Shown piece after piece: positions 1 to 13,800 of a DNA stretch of 64,000 bases. The notes beneath the pieces were generated by a model. It saw nothing but the letters and a program-made list of their open reading frames with translations, did not search any database and was not told where the DNA came from. The position numbers and the translations under genes were made by a program. Position 1 is the stretch's first letter. Each line of letters begins with the position of its first letter. Source of the DNA: Antedon mediterranea (taxonomy: Eukaryota; Animalia; Echinodermata); the NCBI RefSeq assembly GCF_964355755.1, contig NC_092675.1, positions 3,095,812 to 3,159,811 of the forward strand. Direction: 5' to 3'.

Positions 1-1960
1 GTTCACACTATTAAGCTCTGTTCACACTATTAAGCTCTGTTCACACTATCAAACCTTATGTGACAACAAAAATGTGATATTTTTTTTGTCAAACTAGGTA
101 GAAAGCTTTAGTCGTATTATCAAAGACTTCAGAATAAAAGTAAACCAAGACAACTGAACAACTTGATTGTACACTGAAACAGTGAAATAAAATGTGAAGG
201 AAAATGATACTATTATTAAGGCCTACAGTAGTTTATCGTTATTAGTTTAAAAATGACGTAAGTGTAAATGTAAGTAATTTGCCGATTTATTATCATTCAA
301 ATCGAACTGTCGCTTGTGATTGGTCAACTCGCTTTCCTTGCTTGACTTTACCATATTTTGACAACGTATTATTAGGATGTACATACTACATGATTTCAAA
401 ACAATTGCGAGAATTCCGGAAGTTAATTTTATTATATTAATAATTGGTTGCACAGTTCCGGAAAATTCATTATGTGATATTTTGACTATATCGTAAGGTA
501 GTAAGCCGCTTTTCACGTGGATAAACGATAATTAAATAAGGCTGTTTGGAAGTATAACTTGATTAGGTCAACCTGATGGTTGATTAATACGTTGTTTTTA
601 TTTATTTAATACATAAATCGATTCGATCTTTAACATAAAAGTCTCTATAGATAAATCCACTAAATAAACAGTATACACTTTCTTTCGAAACCATCTGCCC
701 AATGAAAAGCAAAGATATTTAGGCCTTGGCATAGATCTAAAAGCTTATTGATAGGCCTACACAAAACACATACATACATTATACGAAATTGGTCTAAAAC
801 AAGTGGTAAATTTCACGATACAAATTAGGTTATGTTATAATATACAACTATCGTATTGATCAATTCACAAGATTACTGTAAGTTTACTGGCTGAGCCGAT
901 CGTCTCATCCACGTCGCTTTTTAAAAACATAAACTCAGCTTAATTAAACATGTTGGTATTTCCGGTCAGCACTCACTCACGCACGCACGCCCCCAGTATG
1001 CCCACACATCGACTGTGATTTCAATCGCGTATACTTAAATAACGACATTTATCTATAGTATAAAATGCATAGGCCCGGAAGGTAAAAATGAACACAGCAA
1101 ATTGGCATGTTTGGTTTTTATTTATTAACATTTTTGTCAAATACAAAACAGACAAGGCAAAGAAAGACCACATATTATCCTCATCTAGTTTGTCAAAACA
1201 GACACATAAAAACAAATTAATTACGATCTACAAATACACATGACCAACTGCAAACATTTTCGATATTGCAACAACTTTACATTAATTTAAAAGAACCTTT
1301 TCACCAAATACGAGTAGGTCTGATAATAATACGATAAATGATGATGATCTCATGGGCAAACTTTCCTAAATGGTACACGGTTAGATGATATAAAGTTGGT
1401 GAAATAAAGACAATTAGTATTATTAAATTAAATTATTATTGTGGATTATACCAGTGGAATTCATTTTTAAAATGATGTGTTGTTGTGGAACATGGCATTT
1501 ACATACCCGTTACGTAAAACAGGAGCAAATAGGCCTATAGTGTGTAAGCTGAATAGAAATTGACAGAGGATTCGATATTCGTATATTCTAAAGCCAAAAT
1601 GACCCCTGCAGAAAAATAGGTGAAGTAAATTCTGCAAAAAGTAACACCTATATACCTCAAATACGACTGGTCTAAGTGGGTTATTGGCGATTTAGTTGCG
1701 TATGCGTTTAGTTCACTACCCTTACGCCCAGTAGAACATTATTAAATGTGACACGAAACCCACGTCAGTATAATGTCGACTACTGATTAATGGTGTATGT
1801 TAAATAACAAGTTCTACAGTGATTACATAGGATTATTAAAGAGGAAAAACAACTAACAGCAGTCATGTACCTTATTTTGATTAAAGGAAGCATAATATTG
1901 CCGTTTTCTGGCTTTCAACGGTGACCCAACAACAGAAGTCAATTGTATGTGTGCTAGGGT

Positions 1961-2340
1961 GATTACGGCCTATACCACGTTGAAACACTAGTTCTCGTCA
2001 GATCACCGAAGTTAAGCAACGTTGGGCCTGGTTAGACTTGGATGGGAATACCAGGTGTTATATATGGAGCTGGGGTCCCATTTTAGGCATTTTAAATCAG
2101 CACTGCCGACTCTTATGGCAGCCCGTCATCTGTATCTGCATCATACGTATTGGATTATGCCTTTCCCTGGTTAAGGTGGGCACTGGACGAGAGAAGTCCT
2201 TGGTCAATGTGGGACCAGTCAAAGATGCTTTAAACATTCCTGGCTTAGTCATAATTTCAAATGAATGTAAGACTAATTGACATTGTCGTTTACGACAGAA
2301 GTCGGCCATAGGGTGATAACACTATTTTCCATCATGTATC
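1961..2340 (+). mobile_element. 5S rRNA-derived SINE (SINE3-like) or 5S pseudogene with unrelated 3' body
   Basis: First ~95 nt (TACGGCCTATACCACGTTGAAACAC..GTTCTCGTCAGATCACCGAAGTTAAGCAACGTTGGGCCTGGTTAG.ACTTGGATGGG) match eukaryotic 5S rRNA including box A/C region, with indels; followed by ~280 nt of non-5S body. The 3' end is approximate. Confidence 0.75.
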
Positions 2341-4836
2341 CTACTAAGAAGTCAATGTTTTTTTGTGTCTAGAAACGCTCGCTACCACTATCGGGTTAGA
2401 CTTGCCCCAAGTCTGTAGTTATTTCGAGGCTTTTCGATGTTTGTCTGAACCTAAAATCGGGCCGGAGTTCCAGTGTATACGTTTGAAACGTCATGTGTGC
2501 CAAAATATTTATCTTTTTACCAATATTAATTCAAAACTCCGTCTGGAACCCTGACTACGATCGAGTAAGCCTATTTTATATCAATCAAAATTATTAATAG
2601 TACGTATAATTTATAAAGAAAGTCATCATATGTTTTATATGTGTAACATCATTTTTAAATTTAAATCATTGTTTAGTTCCTCATAACGGATAAGCGTTAA
2701 TGATTGCAATATTCAATAATTTCTCGTCTGCATTAAATCCTGGACAAATGATATCGTTTGTCATGCTTAAACTAACTACACTGTATGTACGATAATCTCT
2801 TTTTATATTATAATGTAAATTCTATATTTCTTATTTATCTATATGTACAGTTGGCAAGGCCAAAATCTATCCAAGGCCAATCCAATCTACTGAGCTCGTC
2901 GTGCCAATACAGGAACTCGTAACAGTCCTTTGATCTTATGTCTAGCTGCGACAAATACTGCATAATTGTACGGATACCATGTACATATTCTCCGCGCTAC
3001 CGTTAATTAATTCAACAATGTATTTTGAAAGCCTGCCCACAATTTCCGTTTCGCACTCGGATATTGAATCCAATGCATTAATAATATGTGTAGGCCTATT
3101 CGTAAACACAAACATTAATAGGCCTATTGATTAATATACAAACAATAAAATACAATAATATTCATGAGTTGAAGGGAGAAAATATTGTTATCAGTTGATT
3201 GCATAAATGTTCTATATTTAAATATATATAGTCATGGCATTCAACGAATGAAAAATATTCTCCCCCAACTATTGCTATTTGTTTTGTAACACACCTACAG
3301 CTGTAATGTAAACTGTTATTTAATTAATCCGCCCCTTCCTTCTTAAATCAAAACAATTTATAGCCCCCATTAAAAAATACGACGCTTGGAATTTGGTTGC
3401 GTGGTGTGTGGAGCAGATAGGACGGTGGCTGGTTTTATATTACTCATACTATTGCGCAAAAAAAAAAAAAAACAAATAGGAGGGAAAACGCAAAGGTGCA
3501 ATAAATATATAATAAAATAAACACCTATGATAATATTTATGAGTCGGAAATGTGTAGGCCTATTCTTAATATTGTTACACGCGATCTGAAGCAGTGCATT
3601 AAAACCATCTTTTATAAACGGCATATTGGCCCTTTTTTGGCTTCTCGTCTCAGAATTGAATGTTAGGGTGGTGTATATGGATAAGGATTTAAAGGATTAA
3701 ATAACCCGGACGTATAGGTCTCGTTTGTACTCAAATAGATAAATAACAATTTATCTGATAACATTTCGACAAGAAAGGGGATTCCCCGAGCACCGTCCGT
3801 TTCTTACAGTCTCTGAATTTACATTATGCAAACACGGGTATTATGGACTACAAGTAACATCTCAATTTAGAGTTAACGATTTATTGTTACCCTGAAAAAA
3901 TAATAATAATATTTAACAAAATTATTGTTGAATATGCCATTTTAATGTAACATAATAGTTATCCACTTTGACCAAAAACTAGATCGGAAAAAAAAATGTT
4001 TTTACCTGAAAAAACTGTAATTTAAGCAAAACATGGTCAAATTGGCTGCCAGCCAATGGGTTTTTGGTTGAATTTAACCATTTATTTTGTCATTTTATAA
4101 GTGAAAACATTTTTTTTTTGGAATTAATTAACTTTATTAAAACTACAAAATAACATATTCAAGTCTGATTTAATTAATCTTTATTTTTCATGTTTTTGAG
4201 GGACAATACATCGTTTACCGTACCCTTTTTAGGTGATTGCACTGATGGGTAAATGAGGAAAGCCCCATATATATATTCGAACGGTCATGAAGAAAGGAGC
4301 ATATAATAGGATTATGGAAAATTAACAACCTATTTATTGCGTCTATTTATTTAAGAGTTAGGTTAATATATTTATAATATTTCATGAGAATTCTCATTGA
4401 TGGTCTGAATATGGCTATATCCGGATTTATCAAAGAGTACGGTAATACTTTGTTGTTTAAAGAAATAGATAAAATCATTTACCAGATATCATTATTTGTA
4501 TGTCAAAGATAAATCATTTGTTGGTATATATAGAAACAGCGAGGCAATATTTTCACTAATAAATAAACATACTCGCAGTCAATCTTGGCAAATCCACAAT
4601 CCGTCATCAAGTATTCATAAACCGTTTCAATATTCATATCCACGCCGTCTCCCAATAAGAATGGAGTGTACAGGTAACTCCACAACGGAAACGTGATGTC
4701 AGAAATTAATTTTACACGTTAGCTAGATAAGATGCAGATGTTTGAATACACCATCATAGTTAGTAAGCAAGTCATAGCGGTGAGATCTCTAAGCTAATGG
4801 GGGCGGAATGCATCACTGGGCTACTTAAGTAAAACC

Positions 4837-4840
4837 ATGG
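4837..4840 (+). CDS. Synaptotagmin-like coding exon 1 (ATG G)
   Basis: Kozak-like ACCATGG immediately followed by donor GTAAGT; phase 1 matches acceptor at 5609; in-frame upstream stop at 4795. Confidence 0.7.
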
Positions 4841-7800
4841 GTAAGTCATTTCACGTACAGATTTATGTTTTAATCCTCTATATTCTTAATCAATCTTACG
4901 GCTTTACCGCGATAAAACATATCTATTTACTTCGGTTGGTTATAGTAATAACAAAAGCTTTGAGATAGATTGTATGTGGTTGAAAAATGCTGTAATGATG
5001 GAAGTGCATGTTTACGGTCTGAGGGCTAAGCATGTTGTTGAAAATAACTTTAGGTTTTAGAAAACTAATGATGACGGTTAGGACTATATCGGATATTATA
5101 ATTGCACGCAAACATTTCTGGCAAAACAAAGAATATAGTACTGTATATTGTTCGCAATAAATTTATTTTAAAGTGAGTTGTTTAAAAAAAACGGTCAATT
5201 GGTATAACGGGAAAGCTTTCTTATTTGTGCATAAGCACACCTAACGTTTTTTTCTTATATTGCTTGTTGCGCTAACGTTTTTATTATATTATGCGCTAAA
5301 TTCCCAATTAGTCATATTGCAAAATAATTGATACAGGGAGGGGTTCAGCTACTGGGAGGGGTTCAGCTACTGGGAGGGGTTCTAGTGTTAAATGTCTTTA
5401 TCTTTGTTTTAAGTTTCTTTCCCTGTTCACACTAAAATACCCTGACCAGAAAAAGGGGGATGCAGAACAGCCAGCAAATTATTTTCTACTCCTTATTCCG
5501 TATGACCTTTGTACGTAGAAGTTGTGGCGATCGTTTACTGTCCGTTTTTTACTTTTGCTTTATTACATTTAAAAACGACTTTTTAAAAATTCTTTTTACT
5601 ATACATAGATCATTTGCCGTATTATGTGGGATTAGCCGCCGGTGGCGTTTCGTCACTGTTGCTATGTGTCTGCTTCTGTTGTTTCTGGACTTATTACAAA
5701 AAAACACGTAAAAACAAGAAGAAACAGGAAGTTCTCGAAAGAGCAAGAATAATGGTATCTCCAAAAAGACCTTACCACACGATGTTACAAAACGTGGATA
5801 CATGCAAAATTCGACCGCAAGAAAGCATCGATATAATTGATGAAATACATTCACCGCCAGCGTTACCGAAAAGAGTAGAAAACCGTTCGCAATCGGTGTG
5901 TACAGCAACTTTATATATGGACGCGTATATGTTAAAAGACCGTAACGTCAGCACGTCAGATCCGTATCTATACGACAGAAAATCTCTCGGCGGGTCCGAT
6001 GATAGTTTACACGCGAAACGTGCTCGGACACTTCCTGCAGCAGGCCTACGCAGCGGCGGTTCCTCCCCACGGAAGGTAAAACCAGTTATACATCTAAATA
6101 CAACATACAGTTCGGAAGAATCTTCATTTGTCGTAAGGGTACGGAAAGTTGCTAACCTTCCTGCGAAATACGGAACGAACTGTTGCAGTTTCGTTCGGAT
6201 TTTTCTTTTGCCAAAATACCCGGACTCTTTGCAAACGCGAGTTGTACGTGGAAGTTTGGACCCAAAATTTGGAGAATATCTACGTTTTAGAAAACTAAGT
6301 TTCGAAACTGTATGCAAAAGTTACCTGAGGTGCAAGGTTTACATAAAAGAATTGTGGGATAAGAAAGATACTTTTGTTGGAGAGGCATTCTTGCCATGTA
6401 TAGAGATAACCCCTCGACAGGACGTGACGACATACCATGAAGTAACGTTAAAGCCAGAAAGAACGAAGATTACAAAGGTAAGAATGATATCATGCACTCG
6501 CCAGTGAACAAATAGCCGAGAGAGACTGTTTAGAGGATAGTTTAGAAAAAAATCAGCTATTTGCAATCTCTGATTTCACCCGCCATTGTTCTACTTAAAG
6601 TCGAAAGGTCCATTTTATTATTTTTGATAATTAGACTGTTTATTTTTATGTAATTTATTTGTACCACCTGTGTCTGTGTTTCTAGAAAGAAAATTCAATA
6701 CTACTACTTCGATACCATGAAACTTAAAATTATATGTGGACGGGTTTCTTATAATGTTGTCCAGGGCCGACTCGCGTTCTGAACTTTAAAGGAGAGTACC
6801 AAAGTAACATTTTATTCCTAATTACATTTAATACCCGCACGATGCAAAAGATAGCTAAGCTCAACACAAGCCTGTCTAATTTTATATTGTAGGTCCTACT
6901 GAAACCAATTTCATTGAATTTTGTATAATTGAATAAGGATTTGTTTAAAAGGTTAGGCTACTTTACGCGTCGACCAGTCCGAAAGGCCAATTCGCTCCCT
7001 AGTTTTGCCGTTGGTTGCCATATTTTGTACCAATGTTGAAAATGTAAAAATTATCATGAATTATTTCAAGGAAATATTTTTTATCATACATATAACACGA
7101 CATAATATCTAAAACGACCAAAAACAAAAATCACCTTTAAAAGCACCTAACTGAAGCGCATACTTTGCGTAGATACGTCGGTAACCAAACACGATCCACG
7201 GTTGAATAAGAGATTATTAGGATTAAGGAAAAGCTTAAAATAGGATTCATGATTGAGGAGCTTAAACATATTTGGGTCGTCAAGCTTACGCGGCCCCTTT
7301 GTAGTGCAGTACGACGGCGAACGAACGCAAGGAAAAAAATACAATCATTTCGTGCTTGCGGTCTTTTTCGTTGCATTTAAAACTCCCTCGCATACTAACT
7401 ACATGGATAAAATAGAAAAATATAAATCATGCTTAGATATTAATCAAAAATCACGTTATAGTTTTAAAATATCTCGTAAATAATGTCATCGAACTATCCC
7501 CACGCAAGCCGCTATATTGGACAAGACCAGAATTGGTGATCGTACGCAACTCAAATAGAGATTGGTAAAACCTCTCCATTTCCCGTGGATTGAAGGGAAA
7601 TGTTTTAACCGTTACCCCTGTTTAAGCGTGGTTCCCACTAGAACGCAACGCAACGTTACGCAGCGATCTATCGACGCAAAGTGCTGTATTGCGTAATCAC
7701 AAGTGGGAACCGACGATGCAATAGTGCTGCAAACATCGAAGGTTTGATTTCACGCAGGCGGAGGCAAACGCAATGATTGGGAGGGCATTTTCTTACGTTG

Positions 7801-10800
7801 CGTTAGATTGCGTTACGTTGCGTCGCTAGTGGGAACCAAGCTTTAGGGAATATCCTCACCGTCTCTGTTAAGCGACACTTTGTTGGGTCCCTTCACAGGA
7901 TGTCATGTATATGAGTATAGGCCTATGTGACATGTTGTGATTTAGTTTTACTACTTTATTTCGAGAGACTGGTTTTACGGTTTTAAACATCAGAATAAAG
8001 GCCAATTTACACAGACGAGCGGTACCGGTAAAGAAACCCGCGTATATTGTCCCACGTAAAATCTGTATCTATCCTGAGCGGAAACCGCCCGTCCGCACCG
8101 CATTGTGTGTAAACGGTCATCAGGAATAACATATGTATTTTTCAGTTCATGAATGTATCACGAACGAACAGTTAACATCAAAGTATATGATAATTCCATA
8201 TTGTATCAAAATGCGACGACCACTAAATGCTAACTATAAATTCCTACCAGGTCGACGCGTGGGCAGTTGTTCAGACGCGACGAACCGCAAACGCATTAAC
8301 CGTTCATCCACTCTAATATACGCTTTAACCATCAAAGTCTCGTCAAAAATCAATAAAAATGGACTTTTAAAACAATAAGAATCATAAGATGATTACCAGA
8401 GATCTAAAGCTGCTACTTAGGCAAGACATAAGTAATAACGTGTGACAATTGCCAATACTTACACATAATTCGTACGGATGTCAATTCAAGTCTTCCTTGT
8501 CACATTGTGTTCGCGGCATTTAAGTAGAGATACAAGTTATAAACGTCATATACTGTATTAATAACGCAACTACTGTTTTTATTAAGAAGTGCCATTATCA
8601 CTCTCAAGATAAATGCTATTTTAGAAGAAATTTGCCGTGGATCATTACATTTTCCAAAAATTAGGTCAGATAGATTGCAATTAGAATTAAGAAGAAATCA
8701 TTTCTTTAACTAGTGACAAGAGTGTTGAGAAGAAAATGCATACAACGGGCATTATAATATAATTATATATATATAAAGCGTGGTTCCCACAAGAACGCAA
8801 CACAGCGACGTGTCGACGCGAATTGCTGTATTGCGTAATACAACAGTGCTGCAAACATCACAGGTTTGATTTCACGCAGGCGGAGGAAAACACAATTGTC
8901 GGAAGGGCATTCTCTTACGTTGCGTTACGTTGCGTCGCTAGTGGGAGAGCGCCTCTTTCGTGTAGTCTAGTTCCCACTAGCGACGCAACCTACGCAACGT
9001 AAGAAAATGTCCTTCCAAATATTGTGTTTGCCCCCGCCTGCGTGAAATCAAACCTGCTATGTTTGCAGCATTGTTGTGTCGTCGGTTCCCACTTGTGATT
9101 ACGCAATACAGCACTTTGCGTCGATACGTCGTTGCGTTGCGTTCTAGTGGGAACCACGCTTAAAGGACCCCCTATCTTATGCAATGCAATCAATGCACCA
9201 AAGTAAAACCGTACACTAAATTACGTCTATTGTGTTATACTGGAGAGACGTGTCACACAGTCGTCGTGACAAATGCTGCGGTGCATTATTGAATAGTAGC
9301 AAAGTATAAATAATGATACAATTTTGCTAATAAACACTGATTGCTCTTGAAGGATTAAGCAACGGTGTTATGAGATTATTTAAAATAGGTCTATAACTCA
9401 TTGTTATACGTATAAGCTAATAATCAGCAATGCAGTCACCAAATATCAAGGGTTCTTCGCAGAACTACTTATCTAAAAAAGAGGTTACCGTAGAAACGAT
9501 GATGCCTGCTCATTTCCAACCAATCAAATCAGTTTGATAGTTTTCTTAAACTTCCCCCTGACGATTGTGTTGCTGAGCAACCATCGCACAGACAGCAGCG
9601 GACGATATTGCCGACGATGTACCTGTGTGCGTCACAGTGCATCATATCCCACCGCTTAATGACTTGCATAACAGTCTGCCTGCTTGCTTGCAGCATTATT
9701 TAATGTCCACATATTTCTGCTGGTAAAACTTTATAACGGTGCCCGCACTTTAGAAAACTAATCTCTGTCTTAAATCGAGTTTTTTTTCTGGAATCAACTT
9801 CAATATCACATGAACATTATTAGCAAAAACCCTCGAGCGCAATAACAACAAAAAGGCATGAAAAACACACTTGTCGAGTTTACATGAAATGACTTTAAAG
9901 CTCTGTCTACACTATCAAACTAGTGTGATGTACCCAATTTAGTATTTAACGTCATCGTGTCCATTATATGGGAACATCACATTTTGTTTGTCACATAAAG
10001 TTTGATAGTGTATAGACAGAGCTTAAGGAGAACCAGCCTTAAGTAATGAAGATTCCCCACGCATTTTGTCTGAAATGAAAAAAAAAGCAGAACAGTCTGA
10101 AATGAAAAAAAAGCAGAACAACAACACAGCATGTTTACACTGACATTGAAACTCCGTTACGTGCTTTTATCATTGTGTCTAGTTCACTCGCATTTTTTCT
10201 TTCGAAAATTAGACTCTCTTCCCCTCCCGCAAGCACGATATATGTATATAAATCTCTCCCCACGCAGTCGGCTCGCAATCTACCTCTTTGTGTTTCTTGT
10301 GCGTGGGCACAGGTAGAAAGACTATACCATCGTTATCGCGCATGGAGTAACATTATAATCCATATTTCTTGTTATTACCGTAACGATTGATTCATAATCT
10401 GTGTAATTTGTGATGTACAATAATAACAAAATCAATTAAGACTTTTATTTAAAAAAAATACCCTGTGGAATGATACTAATCTGTGTCGAAAGACTGAAGT
10501 TCATTACATTACCTTAACCTGATATTCGACAAAATCCACCCGATTCCGAATAATTTGGTTTGAGTTATACTCATAGGCGCTCGTGTACAGTTAAAAAACA
10601 GGGGGAACACTTTGTGAGGTATCGTAGGTGCAGGTCCATTTAATGCCTCGTATCTGAGGGATATCGACTAAACTATATCAAAACACTAATGATTACTAGG
10701 CTACCATGTTCCATAACGTATCCATACTTATTTCTTGTAGGGCTGGGGTTTAAACACCCAGTATGACTAAGCTCCATTAACAAATAATACGTAAACATTT

Positions 10801-13800
10801 GTATAACATAAAATAATATTTATATAAACAGATCGTATAAAAAACAGAATTCTTGAACATTTAAATTTACCTCAAAGTATGGTAAACATTTTTTTTTAAA
10901 CAAACATTGTAGGAGGAAATTATTAACGACCATATTTAAAAGAACTTTCAGTTGTTATATAAATTGCTCATGTTAGTTACCTTCTTCGTATACTGAAAAC
11001 AACATAGCAGCCAGATTTATAAATCATATCGCATTGAATCACTCAACGCTGTCTCTACTAATGTAAAACATAACGTTTTGACGTCATCACAGAATCGTCA
11101 ACAACTACTCTCAGATGTTCTAGTAACTAGAATACAACTCATTACGACATTAAACTAACTAATAGTAGTCATCCAATGTGACCTGGCATGGAACACTTAT
11201 ACACTGTAGAATGTCGAATTTAATACAGGCCTATATTAAACTATGTCACATGCAATGTAATGAATTCAACTTGATAACCACCAAATTGCTAAAATGTGTC
11301 TGTGTTTAATTATCGTCTTCATTTTGAATTAAGTAATGCATTATTCTGATGTTATTTAACACTTACACAATTTATAATAAAATAAGAAGTGAGTTTATTG
11401 AAAAATCTACCAGTGCATTTGATTCAATATACCGGATGCCCTTAGTGCTTTGGTATGTAAATTTTGAAATAATTGCGTCATGAATATTTATTTAATAGTC
11501 AATGTTTCTACGTACTGTAATGTATTCAAATGTTCAAACCCATACATCTTAAGCGTGGTTCCCACTAGCGACGAAACGTAACGCAATCTACGCAACGTAA
11601 GCAAATGCTCTTCTACAGCTTGGTTCCCACTAGAACGTAACGCAAGGACGTAAACGCAACGCAAGCGTTTTAACCAATGACAAGCGAAGTTATAGACAGC
11701 AATCACAAGCGAATAAGCCATCGCTTGTGATTGGTCAATTCACTTGCGTTGCGTTTACGTCCTTGCGTTACGTTCTAGTGGAAACCAAGCTTTAAAGCGT
11801 GGTTCCCACTAGGACGTAACGTAACGCAACGCTACGACGTATTGACGCAAAGTTCTGTATTGCGCAATCACAAGACACACAGGAAGGGGCAAATACAATT
11901 ATTGAAAGGGCATTTTCTTTCGTTGCGTAGATTGCGTTAGGTTGCGTCGCTAGTGGGAACCAAGCTTAATATTGGTTTGTCCCCGCCTGCGTGAAATCAA
12001 ACCTGCGATATGTGCATCATTGTGTCGTCGTCGTCCCACTTGTGATCACGCAATACATCACTTTGCGTCCATACGTCGATGCGTTACGTTCTAGTGGGAA
12101 CCACCCTTTAGGATTCCAATTATAATTTCAATATTTGTAGATTTACTACTGGGATAGGCCTACTATTAAGTAAGGTATTATAGGCCAACATAAACAAAAC
12201 GTATGGGTCATTGCTAGCCATCTAGGATGAAGGTCTCTCCAAGTTGTCCTCACCCTTTTACTGCTTTATGCCTACGTATAATTTTTCCACCAGTTACTGT
12301 CTTTGTATGTTGTTAGTCCACCAGTCGGCGTTCCGATTTTCTCTGTAAGCTCTAAATTGGGAGGTCTATACGTATGAAACGCCATGTGTGCCAAAATATT
12401 TATCTTTTTTGTAATATTAAGTCTAATCGACGCGCCGTCAAGTTAACTAATGGACAAAAAAAATCAAACAATAAACTAAGATCACGAAGCTAAATGCGCT
12501 TAAAGAAAGCAATTTATTGATGAATGCAACACATGTAGTATTGAAATGAACCGATTATAGTCTTCAAAGTCCTACTACGTTTATATTGTGTCGTAACATA
12601 AAAGGCTATGACGACGACGAATGTTGTGTGAGTTATGATGTCCACATTAACTACGAACGACTTACTCGAATAAAACATACGCAAACGTTAACCACTCTGA
12701 AAATAAATTAAAGAAGGCCTAATGCCTACTATACGATTATATATTACTTTTATTTACAACTCAATTTGTAGCATGCCGCAGTGGATTTATAAGTCATAAT
12801 GTGGGCTGCCGGTTCAAACTGTTGGCATTTGATTGTATTGCATTCTGTATACATTGCTCACGGGCATTTTTGCCAATAAACGCTTAATTAATCGACACTG
12901 AGAATGTGTATTATGTTATTGAAATAAAATTAATATTAAGATGTTTAGACGGATGACAAGGCGACAGAGACGATGGACCAACTTAGAAATCATCTTAAGA
13001 TGACTTAAGGGTACCACTAAGCTGAGTGGTAAACACCTATAGACACTTTGTTAGTTAGGCCTATTGTCTCTTATTTTATATCTGGTGATGAGGCTCACGA
13101 TTTTTTGGTAAATAAGCGGTGCAGAAATCATTAATTATTTTATATGTGAAAGAATTGTAAGTTAGCCGACCTACTTCCTAAATATAACTTAACCTAACCC
13201 TCTAAATCATCTCCGTCACTAATGAAGTAAAAATAAGTTGTCTATGAGTTATTAAGTGCATCAACATGCAAAGACCATATTATTCAGCCGACATATTTAA
13301 TCACAATTGGCTCAAATTGTAGTCACGTCAATTCTTACGTCACACCTAATGCATATTCAAAATAAGGTATCGGAATATAACTAATGAATAATTCATGTTT
13401 CTAGCATCGTTTATCTACAAAATGTTAGCGCTCAAAGTCTAGTTATGACATTCCATGTATGTGAAAATATCTTTCAGTTAGGAATATTAAGAAATTGCCG
13501 TCAAATCTAGACCGATATGTTCGCAGATGTTTCTATTTTTCTACTGCATCGTATTCTATCGAAAGTGTCTTATACTGTATTTGTTAAGATCGATGGGAAA
13601 TTGCTTATGTCACTAAATGCCAAATGGAGATGAACTTACGGTTAAATTAATCAATTTTGTAAATTGTTGTTTTTCTTGTAGGTGCAGTCATTAACGTCAC
13701 TGAGTAACGATGGAGAGGAAGAAAGAGTTTTGGGAGATTTGTTTCTGTCGATTGAATACCAAGCAATGGCCAATAGAATCAAAGTTATGCTGAGGAAAGC

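Noticed and set aside
1961-2060. Functional 5S rRNA gene
   Set aside because: Indels, truncated 3' part, no oligo-T terminator, single copy
5772-6317. 181-aa minus-strand ORF (and 5549-5908)
   Set aside because: Antisense shadows of synaptotagmin exon 2
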